Origin: Antedon mediterranea
Lineage: Eukaryota > Animalia > Echinodermata
Length of the DNA stretch: 64,000 bases
Assembly (NCBI RefSeq): GCF_964355755.1
Contig: NC_092672.1
Location: 15,004,001-15,068,000, forward strand
Direction of reading: 5' to 3'
This document shows positions 25,283-37,575 of this stretch, in pieces. The position numbers were made by a program, and so were the translations under genes. Each line of letters starts with the position of its first letter. Within the stretch, counting starts at the first letter, position 1. The notes under the pieces are model-generated. The model had not been told where the DNA came from. It ran no database searches and was given only the letters and a program-made list of their open reading frames with translations.

Positions 25283-26351
25283 GGCCCTGTTCAGACCCAT
25301 GGCGTTAGACCGTTTTAGCTAAAAGAATGTGTGTCTGAACAGTTGGGGATTAGCGTACAACGCGTCGTACAACGGTTGTAGCGTTGTAGTGGAAAACGGT
25401 TGATAGTACCGTTTTAGCGTACGACGCTACTGTAAGTCAACGTTGTATCCAATCAGAACGTTTCCTGTTATGACGCCAAACAAGGTTTGACCTAGGCTGA
25501 CATCTTGTATCGTCAATGTGTGAGATGGATTTCAATAACAAAAAGGCCAGAATAAATAAGGCCTAACTACACTACAAATACAACTGTTACAAAGGCTACA
25601 AACTATTATCAACTGATTACCATTATATTTTCTAACAAATGACATAAATACATGCACCTTGTATTTAAACATAGGGACTACGATCCCATCCGCTTTTAGG
25701 CCTAGCTAGGCCTCCTAGAGCAATTCACGCATTTCATTCAAGCTAAAAACTAGCGTGGGACATCAAGTCACTCATTCATACAAGGTAGACTAGACTGGAC
25801 AAGTTTAATGCTGAAAACCCCCTAACTCCTAAAAAAATCAGTAAACAAACAAGGGGAGCTGTGTCCCTTTTATTAGCAAGTTAAGGGTTATTTTCAACCG
25901 ACTGGACCAAAGAATATATATCTTTGACTGGACTGGATAGACTAATCACAATCATTTTTTTCTTCATCATTACGAGGCCTGCTTTATTTTCGTAACACAA
26001 GAGCCTGGGGAAAATGTTTTTTACTACAAAATAAAAACAATAGAAACAGAAATTTGGCTTTACTATATTTTTCTTAAATAAATGTTGAGGTATGTTTTAT
26101 TTACGGCAAATTTTGTCATAATTGTAGGGCTGAGATCTAGGCCTATATACAGTAGAAATAATGATGAAAACACGTGGGTAAGAGCACATGAATATGCAAC
26201 TAGAAACAACCTGGATGACGTACTTCCGTTGTAACGATAATCGTACGCTATGGGTCTGAACACTTTGTTTTTTTCTCTGCGGTTTGTAACGTGACCTTGA
26301 TAGTAACGTTGTACGCTAAAACGGTCTAACGCCATGGGTCTGAACATGGCC
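25283..26351. mobile_element. PIF/Harbinger MITE
   Basis: TIR of about 37 bp GGCC(C/A)TGTTCAGACCCATGGCGTTAGACCGTTTTAGC; TAA TSD (25280-82, 26352-54). Confidence 0.92.
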
Positions 26352-26526
26352 TAATATGCTTAGCCCTAACCTAGATAAGAGGCCTATGTAGAAAATAATT
26401 TAATCAATTTTGATATAATAATAATTGGTGTAATATTTAATAATGATACACTATTCCTGTTTTAGTAAGCTAGGTATATTACGAACGATTTTTATTTATT
26501 GTTGTCCATGTACGTACTAATAAACC

Positions 26527-27382
26527 TGGCGCTAGTTTCCTTCGCTTGTATTTTTACTCCAAATTTGATAATAACTAACTTTATCGTGTGAATACCACAC
26601 CTTAGAAGTATACCTCATGAGTACTTTAATGAAAGAATCACATAAAAAGTAACAAATAAATCCTTAAATTAATGATTTTACAGGCGTGTTTCTCGCACAC
26701 TGTTCGCGAATTTCACTTATTCAATGTTCAATATTTTTGTTTCTATGGAGCGCCAAAAGAGCAACGATAATAGAGGACTAAAACTCAGTGGAATGCGTCA
26801 ATTTCTCATGCATTTATTGGTGAAAAACACGTTTTATTTCAATATATTTGTTAATTTGTCAATAAAAATGCTGTAATATGTTACTGCTGATACTGTTCTG
26901 TTTTCAAAGAATAATAATCGATCCTAAATCAACATCACTACCTAGTCTAGACCTAGGACATCCTACTAAGGATATAATGATAAATTTTTCTATTTTATTC
27001 TTTAGAAGGTTACCGAAACCGTGTACATTATCAACAGTACACCGGTGAACAGTAACATTTTTCCTTACTGACAGTGACAAAATCTATTGAAATTGTACTT
27101 GATTTTCACCAAATAATGCGTTAAATATAAATGGATTCCACAGAGTTTTTAGCCCTCTAATTAATTTTGCTCTTTTGGCGTTCCATAGAAACCAAAATAT
27201 TGAACATTGAGTGTGCGAAATGCGAGAAAAACAACATCTGTAAAATCACCAATTTAATGGATTTATTGTTACTTTTATGTGATTTTTCTTCATTAAAGTA
27301 GGCCTACTAATTCTAAGCTGTGGTATTCAGGATAAAGTTGGTTAAAATACAAGGCAGGTGCAAAAGGAAACTAGCCTAGCGG
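26527..27382. mobile_element. Foldback element with about 300-bp diverged inverted arms
   Basis: CAATGTTCAATATTTTTGTTTCTATGGAGCGCCAAAAGAGCAA is mirrored by TTGCTCTTTTGGCGTTCCATAGAAACCAAAATATTGAACATTG. Confidence 0.75.
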
Positions 27383-29529
27383 GCCTAGGCCTAGGCTACT
27401 TCAATTTCGGTGATTTCCTGCCTTGCAATTTTGAGAAATGATAAAATGATGCCTCGCATTTTTTGATGATGGTAAAACGATGCCTCGCATAAATTTCTGA
27501 CTTGCCTCGCATGCCTTCCCTGCCTCGCGTGCCTCGCTGCCTCGCACTTTGTTACTACCCGTTCAAAATCTCAAATCTAAATCTCAAGTTCAAAAAAGTG
27601 AGGGTAGGAATGTTATATGAATGATGTGAAACTATCAAACACATAGTACAGAACAGATAGTCTCCAAGACCAGCCCCAAGATGGTCTTGGACTGCTAATT
27701 GCATTTATACCTTTAAAATATAGGTATGATTTAGTAATTGTTTGTTGGGAAGAAAAATATAGGGCTAATTAAGTTATGCAGGTGATCAATGTACCCTAAA
27801 AATGTCTACACCTAAACTTTAGCAGTTACATGTTTTCAAAGATCAAGCCTGGGATATCCCTTGCACAACACATGCATTATAGCACCAGATGCATACATTT
27901 TGACATAAGCATTGCTAATTAAATTCTGTAAGCTGAAGACATGAAGTTTAGTTTATTTCGGTGATACCGTTTTTAGTTCCTAACCTTTTTTCCACACACC
28001 TTGATTTTTTTGTTTTTGCATCCCCTACCTAATCTAAGGCAAACTAGGTTTTTTCTGTAATGTGACTCTAATTTCCATAAAAATTATATTGTGTTTGTGC
28101 CCTTACTTTGCTTGTAATCTTTTATGCAATCTGATTACATATCTGCAATGACAAAACAATGATAAATGACAATATATATTTTTATTGTTATGTATTTTTT
28201 TTATTTTAATAAGGACTATCATAATCATAACCTACCATTGCCATTTATTCGAGGAAAAAAATAAACGCAACAAGATGTTCATTCTAACAAACTCCTATGG
28301 GAGGCAAATTACAGTATAGTAAATTTTCACAAAATATGGAGACATATTCGAAAATACTAATGAAATTATCAGGAAATTGACTATCAACGTTGTGTTGCAT
28401 GCCTGGACGTGCTGCAATCCAATTGATAATTTTCTTCCCTCCAATCAGCTGCATTTGACATTGTCATCGACCTCACAATTCTATATCTTATCAGTTATAC
28501 AGAGTCTTGTTTTGCAATTGTGAACAATAAAAAGACATGTTTTCTGTTAAAAATTTAGATTTTACTTTTTCATTTTCAATATTCATTAACCAGAAATTAA
28601 TTTATGAAACCGATTTTCAGAAATATTAATGAATACATTTCCAGGAAATTCTGAATACCTCCTCTATTCTATGTTTTTCTATTTATTAAATACCTTATGG
28701 CTGTTGAATAAATTATTGTGCAATTAATGTAAGTAATTCTTTGGCCCAAGTACCATTATAAGCCTATTATTGTCATCATTATCATTTATTAAATAAGATC
28801 AAGTCTAATGTTTGCCTTTAGCTTGTGCCTGTTTATAATCTATACATTCATTCAACCATGGAGGAACTCTGATATATTAACTCACACACAATTATTTTTA
28901 TATAGATATTTGGATACAAGAAATTGATTTGATATCAATAGTCTATGATTATAATAATAATGCGTATTGTATGAGTTGATTATTAAGGGGGATATTAATT
29001 ACTAAGGAAAAGTTGTAACCTATTTTTTTAGCCTATTTATTATTATAAATTTCCTTTTGTTTTGATGATTTAATTGAACAAAATGTGACTGTTACTATAT
29101 ACTGTATTAACTGAAATAATGTATAAATTTCATTATACATTATCTATTTATTGTTGGTACAGTTTGTTTTTCGTGTACTTCCGAGAACCTACCCAGAATC
29201 CTTTGAGAGCTTCATTGAGTTTTTCAGCTGAGTGAAAATGTTATAGAGAACACATCAGAAGAATCATCATTTTTCTCATTGTGTTTTTCTATGTGCTAGA
29301 TGTTTATTGCTTGTATATTCCAGCAAAACCCTTTTGCTGGGTCTAGCTATCGCGACTGTTCCCAAGGAATATACAGCCTTATATTTCGTGGAATGATAAA
29401 AATACAATAACATGTTCAATATTACCTGTCTGATCTGTTTGAACAAGTAATAGAATTATCTTTCGTATAAATTGACCAATCAGATTACAGAATTCATGTA
29501 CACTAATGACAGATATTATAATAACAACT

Positions 29530-29745
29530 AATTAAGTAGGTCAAGTGTTATAACGATAGTAAAAGCCAGTTACTTATTCGCCGTAGAGGACGAAGATGCA
29601 AACAAGTTTGCGGAACTGGGGTGGCAAATGGTAAAGTAGGCCAAGGGTCATCGATCTGTAACAAAATATTTTAAAAATATTAAGTAGGTCAAGTGTTATA
29701 ACATTTGTAAAAGCTAGTTACTTATTCGGAAGAAGTAGAGGAGGT
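29530..29745. repeat. Local direct duplication (about 50-60 bp)
   Basis: TTAAGTAGGTCAAGTGTTATAAC...AAAAGC.AGTTACTTATTCG at about 29532 and about 29680. Confidence 0.75.
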
Positions 29746-32700
29746 CAAGGCTAACTAACATTTGATGCAATAACAACTCAATTAGACAGTTATTACATAT
29801 TAAAATCTGTTTTTTTTTAAAAATATTTGTGACTGTCCCTTTAATTGAATTTGAATAAGGAACAAGGAACTAGGAACTAGTTTAACCAACTTCACAGACA
29901 TTGGTTATCCCAGATTCTGTTAAATTACATCAAAATAAATATTATTGAAACTTTAAAGCGCAAACTACAAAGAGGTCAATTTTGTATTTAATGAATCACT
30001 GGTATTATTCCGACAGACCATTGAGATTTCCTTGTAACAAGCATTGTTGTTAAAAATCAATTTTTTAAAGGTACATTGATGTCGCACAATAGAGTTATTA
30101 AAGCACTAGTTCAATTCTAAAGCTCACTTTTATCTTGTTAAACTGTAGTAAATCAATAGTTTATAGATGGACAATGCATTCTGTGATGTATAACTAAGGT
30201 TTTAATGTTTAAAATGATGATGAAAAACAAATTTGAATGATCAACAAACAATGAAGTCTAGTTTGTTCTAGCGCAAGTAGTATTGAGTGTATTCATTTGT
30301 ATTTACTGTATGGCAATATTTTTTAAACAGAAAACAATATTTATATACCGTACATAATCCTTGTTATATGAATTTTATCTGACATTCTAATTATTTAAAT
30401 TCAATTTACAACTTACACCTATGATTCTGAATTACTATGATAAATTTATGTGTAAAATTCATGGAAACAGGAAAAATAAGCAAAGATGATTGTTACTTGT
30501 ACTGCTTGACATAGTCAAGGAAAATGAGTATTTTATCTTCTCGTATTCAATTCTCAATTTGTCCCTATTTCTAATATATTTATTTCTTAATTACATTAAT
30601 AATACCGTAGACTACTTAAAATAACAAATTTGAAAACTTAAATGTAATGATATCTATAATATTTTCAATGAATAGGGTGCTCTGTAATAAATTTGGAAAA
30701 TTAAATATAATTAAGAATGTTTGAATTTTTAATTTAAAAAAGAGAAGGTTTACTAATTTCAAAGTACATTATGGTAACGATTTATTATAATGTGAGTGTA
30801 CTACCTTGTCTCTTATTGTTTTGCCTAAAACATGAATACAGGAAATAAAGTGCTTCTTGTCAACTGTACGCTGTCTTTTGTGTTCACTATTGTACAAGAA
30901 ATCCATCATTTAAAATATGTTATTCTACTTGTGTATACTGTAGTGTTGTACTTTACAGCTCTTGAAATATATTGCTTTGTGTTTCTTTCTGCAAGAACCT
31001 TGTAAGAATTTATATTAGTATTCAATATTTGGTTTTACTGTTTTTTTCACTTATTGTTACAAGGTTTTATAACTCTTTGATATTATTGTAATATTGCAGT
31101 AATAAGATCATTTCTATTGAAAATTGATTCATTATCATTTTACTATAATATAAAAAACATCTGTTATAGCATAAAAGAAATTTAAGAACACAAGGAGAAT
31201 ATAAGAAAATTACTGTAAAAATGATTATACATTATTATCATCATATAATTAGATTTACTTTAATTAATGATTTCCATGTATTTATAGTAAAATAATGTTA
31301 TATTCTGTCATATTAACTTATGATCTTTGTGTTCTAGTCAAATACTCATTTTTGCACTAAAATATATATAGAAAATAAAATTCATACAACTCTTGTCATC
31401 AATCATCAATTTTATTTGAATAAACATTGAATATACTATATCTTTGTACCATGTTGAATGTTCACAAAATAACAACATAGAATAATACAAAATACAAAAA
31501 GTAGCGCTTTAAATTAAAAAAAAAAATGTTACAAAATGAGTGAATTTCATTTAAACATTTGAAATATATTTATATTTGGTAATTACAGATTATAGAAAAA
31601 ATAATGATGTGGACAATTTTGTTGGATCAAATTAAAGATTTGATATGTGTATGTATCACACAACAATCACAATGTAGTCAATATTCTATTGAATGCATAC
31701 TTTCCTTCCAAATACGAATCATGGTCTCTCAACAATAATTAGAAAAATGGTCCATTTAATAGTTGTAATTTCATTGCCAAATCCAAAACATACTGGTCGA
31801 TTTTCAAAAAGATCTTAAATTCTATACTTTATAGTCTATTTAAAAATTGCCATCATACACGATCTCATACAAATACATTACAGTATATACATTTAGGTAT
31901 AATTTGTACATATATATGTAGTAGTAGTAGTAGTAGTAGTAGTACATTTATACATGTACTAGTACATACTGCCAATCAAAATTGGTGTAGAGATGTGCAT
32001 TATTATCCAAAAGTAAATGTCAATGTACATTAGACAGTAGTGCTTAATTAACACTGCTGGAATGCATAATCATATAGCTACAGAGTATTAACATACTGGC
32101 ATACAAACAAAATATGCCAACCCTAGTAGTAAACATTAACAAAATTATGCTCATAGAAAATTGGTTCTCTGGATGTGTGTTATAAACAGCTATACATTAT
32201 AAAACAAATCCCTTTATTGTAAAGGTTCATGCTGAATGCTACCTAAATTGAACAGTTTGTTTCTGTTAAATGTCAATATTCCTTTACACACATGCTACAC
32301 ACAATGACTTTTAACATATAATTATAATAGGTAAATAGTTTAGGGTCCACATAGATTTATTTCACATGTATTTATTTATATACATAGCTTAAGTAAAGCT
32401 TAAGAATTTGTTTGAATAAAATTCAGGTTATTACTTACTATGTTAGAACCGGTTTCTTCTGCATATAGCGCTGAATAAACCTTTTATTTCAAAAATATAA
32501 TTTTAGACCGACTGCATTTCTTCTCCCAAATAACCGTTTAATTGTTGGTCATTGACAAAAAACGTTAAAAATATTAAAAATACAATCAGATCAGATACTA
32601 GTTGTTAAATGGTGTTCTAACCCCTATGTTTTGACTGTTATTTTCACGCTTCTATTTAACAGTTTATTCACACAGATATTAATCAGTTATTTTTCGCAGC

Positions 32701-32904
32701 TGTGTTGGTATAGATAGGTTTTATTATTATTACAATACTTTAAATTTAAAAAAAAAATATTTAATAAATAGATTGCACATAAAAACATAGAATTAATATA
32801 ATTATTTATATTTCAATATAATTTATCAGAGACTGAAGTGTTCAATATTCATAAAAGCAGGGAAATTATTAATACTTACAATAAACAATGTTTTCTTTTA
32901 TTCT

Positions 32905-34296
32905 TTAAACATAAACAGATTTACTGCGATAAGTAGCAGTCGCTGCATCATTTATACTTCCACCATATATAATATCACTTCCTTTACTACTATTTCCACC
33001 AACCTCAGTATAGCTATGTTCATTTGACTCTGGAGATACCTGTATACCAACAGAAATACGCCATTGCTCTACATGGTCCGGTGTAGGTAAAGGCGGACGT
33101 ATGCTATCTTTTGGCTCAAAATATATATCGGGTTGTGCTATTTGTGTTCCAGTTATATCTATATTTGGTTGAAATAAACAATTTCTTAAGTATCTATAAT
33201 ACATTGGTAGAATAATTATAAGAATGATAAGCACAGAACATCCACCAGCAGCAGCAATAATGATTGCTAGTGTTAGTTCATCTATAGGTGATTTAGGGTG
33301 TTCGGTTGCAGGTGGTAGAATGGTTGGTGGTGGTGATTGCTTCAATACTCTTAATACTGCTGTACTGCTTCCACTTCCAACATCATTTGTGACAATACAT
33401 GTCAAACTTGATCCATTGTTTGCCTTACTCGGTTTCTTGATGCGTAAAATCTGCTCACTATCAGGTTCAACTTTATATTCATCCTTTCTTAGCTTTGGGG
33501 AAAATTTCCAAATGTATGTTACTCGATTTGGATTTGATACATGACGACATATAAATATAGCTTCTTTATTTTCATAAACCTCATCAGGCTTAAAAATACT
33601 TACATTTGGCTTAAATTGAATGTTTAATAAACCTGTTGTTTTGTTTCGTCCTTCTGATAGTATTGAATTACTTAAATGACAACGAAATGATTTTGAATTG
33701 TCCTCCACTTGGGCAATAAATTTGTATTTTATTTTTTGGTAACTGTCATCTGCATCATAAGCATTGAGCTTTTCTCCATCTTGGTATAATGTCAATGTAC
33801 TTACAGAATTTTCAGTTTTTTCTGTAAAACACGTAATTTCAATTTGACTCCCTGCCTGATATTTTTCTTTCAAAGGTTCAAATGCAGGATATTGCAACCC
33901 TGGTAATTGTTTAATTTTCAATGTTGTAGGCAGAGATTCGATAATAATGTTGCCTTCATTATCTAACAAGACGCATGTATATTTGTATTCACCATCTGTA
34001 CGTTCCACATTTTCTATTATTAAATTATAGGAATCAATGACTCCGTCTTGCAAAACAGTATAAAAACGATCGTTATTATTTTTACCAAGCACAATTGTTT
34101 TTCCATCTCTTTGCCAAGCAGGCGTCTGTAACACTTTATCACGGTTCTTAAAGGAACACGTAATATAAGCTCTTCCATTCTCATTTGCATCAACCTCTGG
34201 TACGAACCCACCTAAGAAACCAACTTTCATCGATTTTCCTAGATGAATTAAAACTAGAAAATACAGAAAAATTGTTGATGAGCCTTGCACATACAT
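32905..34296 (-). CDS. Single-exon type I membrane protein with three Ig-superfamily domains (nectin/CADM/Kirrel-like cell-adhesion receptor), 463 aa from the first ATG
   Basis: Signal-peptide-like MYVQGSSTIFLYFLVLIHLG; V/I-type Ig (ITC..PAW..DGEYKYTC); C2-type Ig (EITC...DNSKSFRC); third Ig (FIC..SNP..YIW..NGSSLTCIVTNDVG); Pro-rich stalk; TM LAIIIAAAGGCSVLIILIIILPMYY; cytoplasmic tail of about 95 aa ending KSVYV. The ORF track start (34314) is TTG; the first ATG is at 34296. Confidence 0.9.
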   Translation of the reverse strand: MYVQGSSTIFLYFLVLIHLGKSMKVGFLGGFVPEVDANENGRAYITCSFKNRDKVLQTPAWQRDGKTIVLGKNNNDRFYTVLQDGVIDSYNLIIENVERTDGEYKYTCVLLDNEGNIIIESLPTTLKIKQLPGLQYPAFEPLKEKYQAGSQIEITCFTEKTENSVSTLTLYQDGEKLNAYDADDSYQKIKYKFIAQVEDNSKSFRCHLSNSILSEGRNKTTGLLNIQFKPNVSIFKPDEVYENKEAIFICRHVSNPNRVTYIWKFSPKLRKDEYKVEPDSEQILRIKKPSKANNGSSLTCIVTNDVGSGSSTAVLRVLKQSPPPTILPPATEHPKSPIDELTLAIIIAAAGGCSVLIILIIILPMYYRYLRNCLFQPNIDITGTQIAQPDIYFEPKDSIRPPLPTPDHVEQWRISVGIQVSPESNEHSYTEVGGNSSKGSDIIYGGSINDAATATYRSKSVYV

Positions 34297-34974
34297 GTTG
34301 TTAGAAGTGCACAATTTTGATTTTGAAAAATATCAAACATATTGAGAAGATGTGCAGTAGCAGAAAGCAGTATACCATAGATGTAATTTCAAAAATGTAT
34401 TCAGTAATCCTTGCCATTTTCCATGTACAGAATACAGTCAATACTAGGTTGTGTACTATGTCAACTAAATCTACTAGCTTTTCACATAATCAGTTGTGAA
34501 TATTCTGAGTGGACTCTTCCATTAGCTTCTTAGGTATTAACCTAAATTATTAACTCCAATACTGTAATATGCAAATGCATTCAACTGTAAATTCCAAAAC
34601 AATTGATTGTGTTTCGTTTGATAAATTTGTTTTCTTTCGTTTCATATTGGATCTTACACCTACTGTTCTTCAATTAAAACACAGGCTATTATTATACAGG
34701 ACCGTTCAAAAATAACTCTGCGCAGCAGGATTAGTCTCTTAAACAGAACATAATTAACATATTATCTGAAATACATGAAGATTTGCGATGGGATTCAAAC
34801 CAGTACAAAACCTATGGATTAGCTTAAAAAATATGGTGGTAAAAGCTTGATCATAAATAAAAGCTTTTAATTATTAATTTTTGTTTTATACCATGAGTTT
34901 AAAGAATTGAACAAATGCTATTTATACTGTTAATATATATAAATATATATAGATAGATGAGGGCATATCAATTG

Positions 34975-35380
34975 ATTTCTGGTGCGTGTGCGTACAATTG
35001 AGGGACTAGTGCTGTTCCGCCTTACCTAACTATACCATGAAAGCCCAGTGGTCTAATGGACAACTTCATATCAAGCAGAAGGTCTGGGTTCGAATCTCGG
35101 TTGGGCGACTTTTTCTCATTCTCACAGATTTCCTCATCTTATCGTTTCAAATTAATTAATTAAATTTCAGTATATCACCAGGCAGTGGGTTTGAACTATA
35201 CCATGGAAGCCCCAGTGGTCTAAATGTTAGGACATTGATGAAGCGCGATATCCGAAGAGATAGTGTCATATATAAAAACACATCAGGCAAAGAACAATAA
35301 TTCTAAACCGCCAGGTGAAATACTGAAATTTTAATTAATTAATTTGAAACGATAAGATGAAGAAATCTGTGAGAATATTT
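34975..35380. mobile_element. Cluster of tRNA-derived SINE-like copies (plus strand about 34975-35230; inverted about 35280-35380)
   Basis: TACCATGAAAGCCCAGTGGTCTAATGG...GGTTCGAATCTCGGTTGGGCGACTTTTTCTCATTCTC matches 6836; inverted body at 35285-35375. Confidence 0.75.
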
Positions 35381-35529
35381 TAATTAATTTGTTATTTCAT
35401 ATGCATCCAACATTGAGTAACTTGCCAATTACAGATAAATAAACTATTTAATAATTTATCGTGCTTATAAACTACGACTCATTTGATGCTTAGGAAGTAG
35501 AGTTGGAAGAGTCGTGAGTTACAACCATG

Positions 35530-35600
35530 GCATTAGGTCAAGATTGAACCCATGACTTTGGGATTGAAAGGTAAGAAATATTAACCACCAAGCTACAGCT
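35530..35600 (-). mobile_element. Degenerate tRNA-derived SINE head
   Basis: Minus strand GTAGCTTGGTGGTTAA (A box) ... GGGTTCAATC (B box). Confidence 0.45.
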
Positions 35601-35935
35601 CCACTACATATATATTACCTTATACTGTAACCATAGTACAGGGGGCGGATCAAGCATCTTAAAATAGGTGGGGGGAAGGGGGCGTATATCTTTTGCTAGA
35701 GAAGCGAGCAAACCTTGGCTGGGGGTCAGGGGCCACCAAGAGCCCTCGGTTTGACATTCCAGAACATTGTAAGTCGATGTACAAAATCTCATATTGTCAT
35801 TCTCCAAAACACTCTAAAGCCTGTTGTCCAGTTGACATTGAATTGCAGCGATTAGTAGATGGCTGTTACTGTAGTGTACTAGTAGTACTGTAGTAAGTAG
35901 TTGCGTTGAATTGCGTTGGTTCTATAAGACTGTAC

Positions 35936-37575
35936 CAGTGGTGGCGCCAGCGGGGAGGGGGGGGGGGGCTACGGGGGCTCCGGGGGCTCTAGCCCCCTCG
36001 TCGGGGAGCCTAGCCCCCCCCCGTCGGGGAACACGGGTACTTTTTGTCGGGGAATATAATATACAGTAAAAAGCGTTCGCGTTCACTTCGTAGCTAGCTT
36101 CATTCAGCGCCTAGAAAACCAAGACGTTTCATTGACCGTGAGAGTACGTCAGAGTGATATTATGCACTTTATATGCATTCATTATTGCCAGCGATCTAAC
36201 TTACTACTAAACAATAGTTAGGTTCGCACTTGTCTGGCGGTATCCCTTTGTACGAATCGTTAAACGTTGGGTCGAGACGCGTAATATCAAGTTCCATCCA
36301 GGGACCAAAATGTGTAATGTAGTTATTTTCCAGGCGAAGTTTACCGACGGTTACCGAAGGGAACACGGGTACTTTTTGTCGGGGAATATAATATACAGTA
36401 AAAAGCGTTCGCGTTCACTTCGTAGCTAGCTTCAGCGCCTAGAAAACCGCGACGTTACATTGACTGTGAGAGTACGTCAGAGTGATATTATGCACTTTAT
36501 ATGCATCCATTATTTGCCAGCGATCTAACTTACTACTAAACAATAGCTAGGTTCGCACTTGTCTGGCGGTATCCCTTTGTACGAATCGTTCAACGTTGGG
36601 TCGAGACGCGTGATATCATGTTCCATCCAGGGACCAAAAATGTGTACTGTAGTTATTTTCCAGGCGAAGTTACTGACGGTTACGTCGTGTACTGCGTCGA
36701 CGTACGCTACACTTACAGCAAAAACGAATTATGTTAATTGTTCGTATGTTCACCAATTTTTTAATTTACAAGTAACCTTCTGTACCGTGGGGAACCTAAA
36801 ATAAATTTTTCATCCATTACTAAACAAAAAAACATGCCATTTTCGCTTAGCCAACATCTTATTATAGCTAAGTTATTACATCAATGTCCTGTATGTCATG
36901 AATTTCTCACCACTCGGAAGTCCAGATGGTACGCACGCATACACTTGGGAGGAATAAACTTATTTCCCCGACTGAAAAAGGTCTACGCTTGCGGTTTTTA
37001 AGCCTCTAGGCCTGATGTTTCCAAAGTATAAAATGCAATTTTTTGAAGACCTGCAGCTCTAGTTTTAAACAGTTTCTTAGCTCAGCCCCAACAATAAAGC
37101 TGGTCATTTTCGAAGTACGAGAAGTGCATTTTCCGGGACCTAACATCTCTATTTTTAAAACATTTCTTAGCTCAGTCACAATCATGATAGGGACTTATAT
37201 ATTTTGTTTCATGTTTTGAAGTATAATAAGTCCAATTTCCGGGACCTCCAACTCTATTTTTCTAAATTTTCTTTGAACTTTTATTTTTTAAATTGAAAAA
37301 TATGGATTGAAACAGTCATCGCGCATCGTTTTTTTGCACACAGTATTTTATTTATGCATTATAAAAAATGGAAAAAATGGCTACCCTAAATCTGATTAAA
37401 ATGACCTCAAATGACGCTAGAACGCGTTGCTTCCGGGGGGCTTCGCCCCCTGGACACCCACCGGGGGCCCTTGGCGGCCCTCTGGCCCCCAGCCTAGTAA
37501 TGCTAGCTTCGCTCGCATAGCCCCCTCGTCGGGGAATGTAGCCCCCGCGTCGGGAAGATCCTGGCGCCACCCCTG
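35936..37575. mobile_element. hAT-like non-autonomous element with internal tandem duplication of about 330 bp
   Basis: TIR CAG(T/G)GGTGGCGCCAG; 8-bp TSD GACTGTAC (35928-35, 37576-83); about 36027-36355 repeated at about 36359-36682. Confidence 0.9.

Larger units (their letters stand above)
24441..27560. mobile_element. MULE-like non-autonomous element (3.1 kb) with nested insertions
   Basis: Imperfect TIRs with tandem GCGAGGCA / TGCCTCGC subterminal repeats; 9-bp TSD GTTCAAAAT (24432-40, 27561-69). Confidence 0.85.

Noticed and set aside
32905-33130. ITIM/ITAM in the Ig receptor tail
   Set aside because: EHSYTEV lacks the I/V/L/S residue at -2, and there is no paired YxxL spacing.
33224-33544. 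106-aa plus-strand ORF
   Set aside because: Antisense shadow of the Ig receptor CDS.
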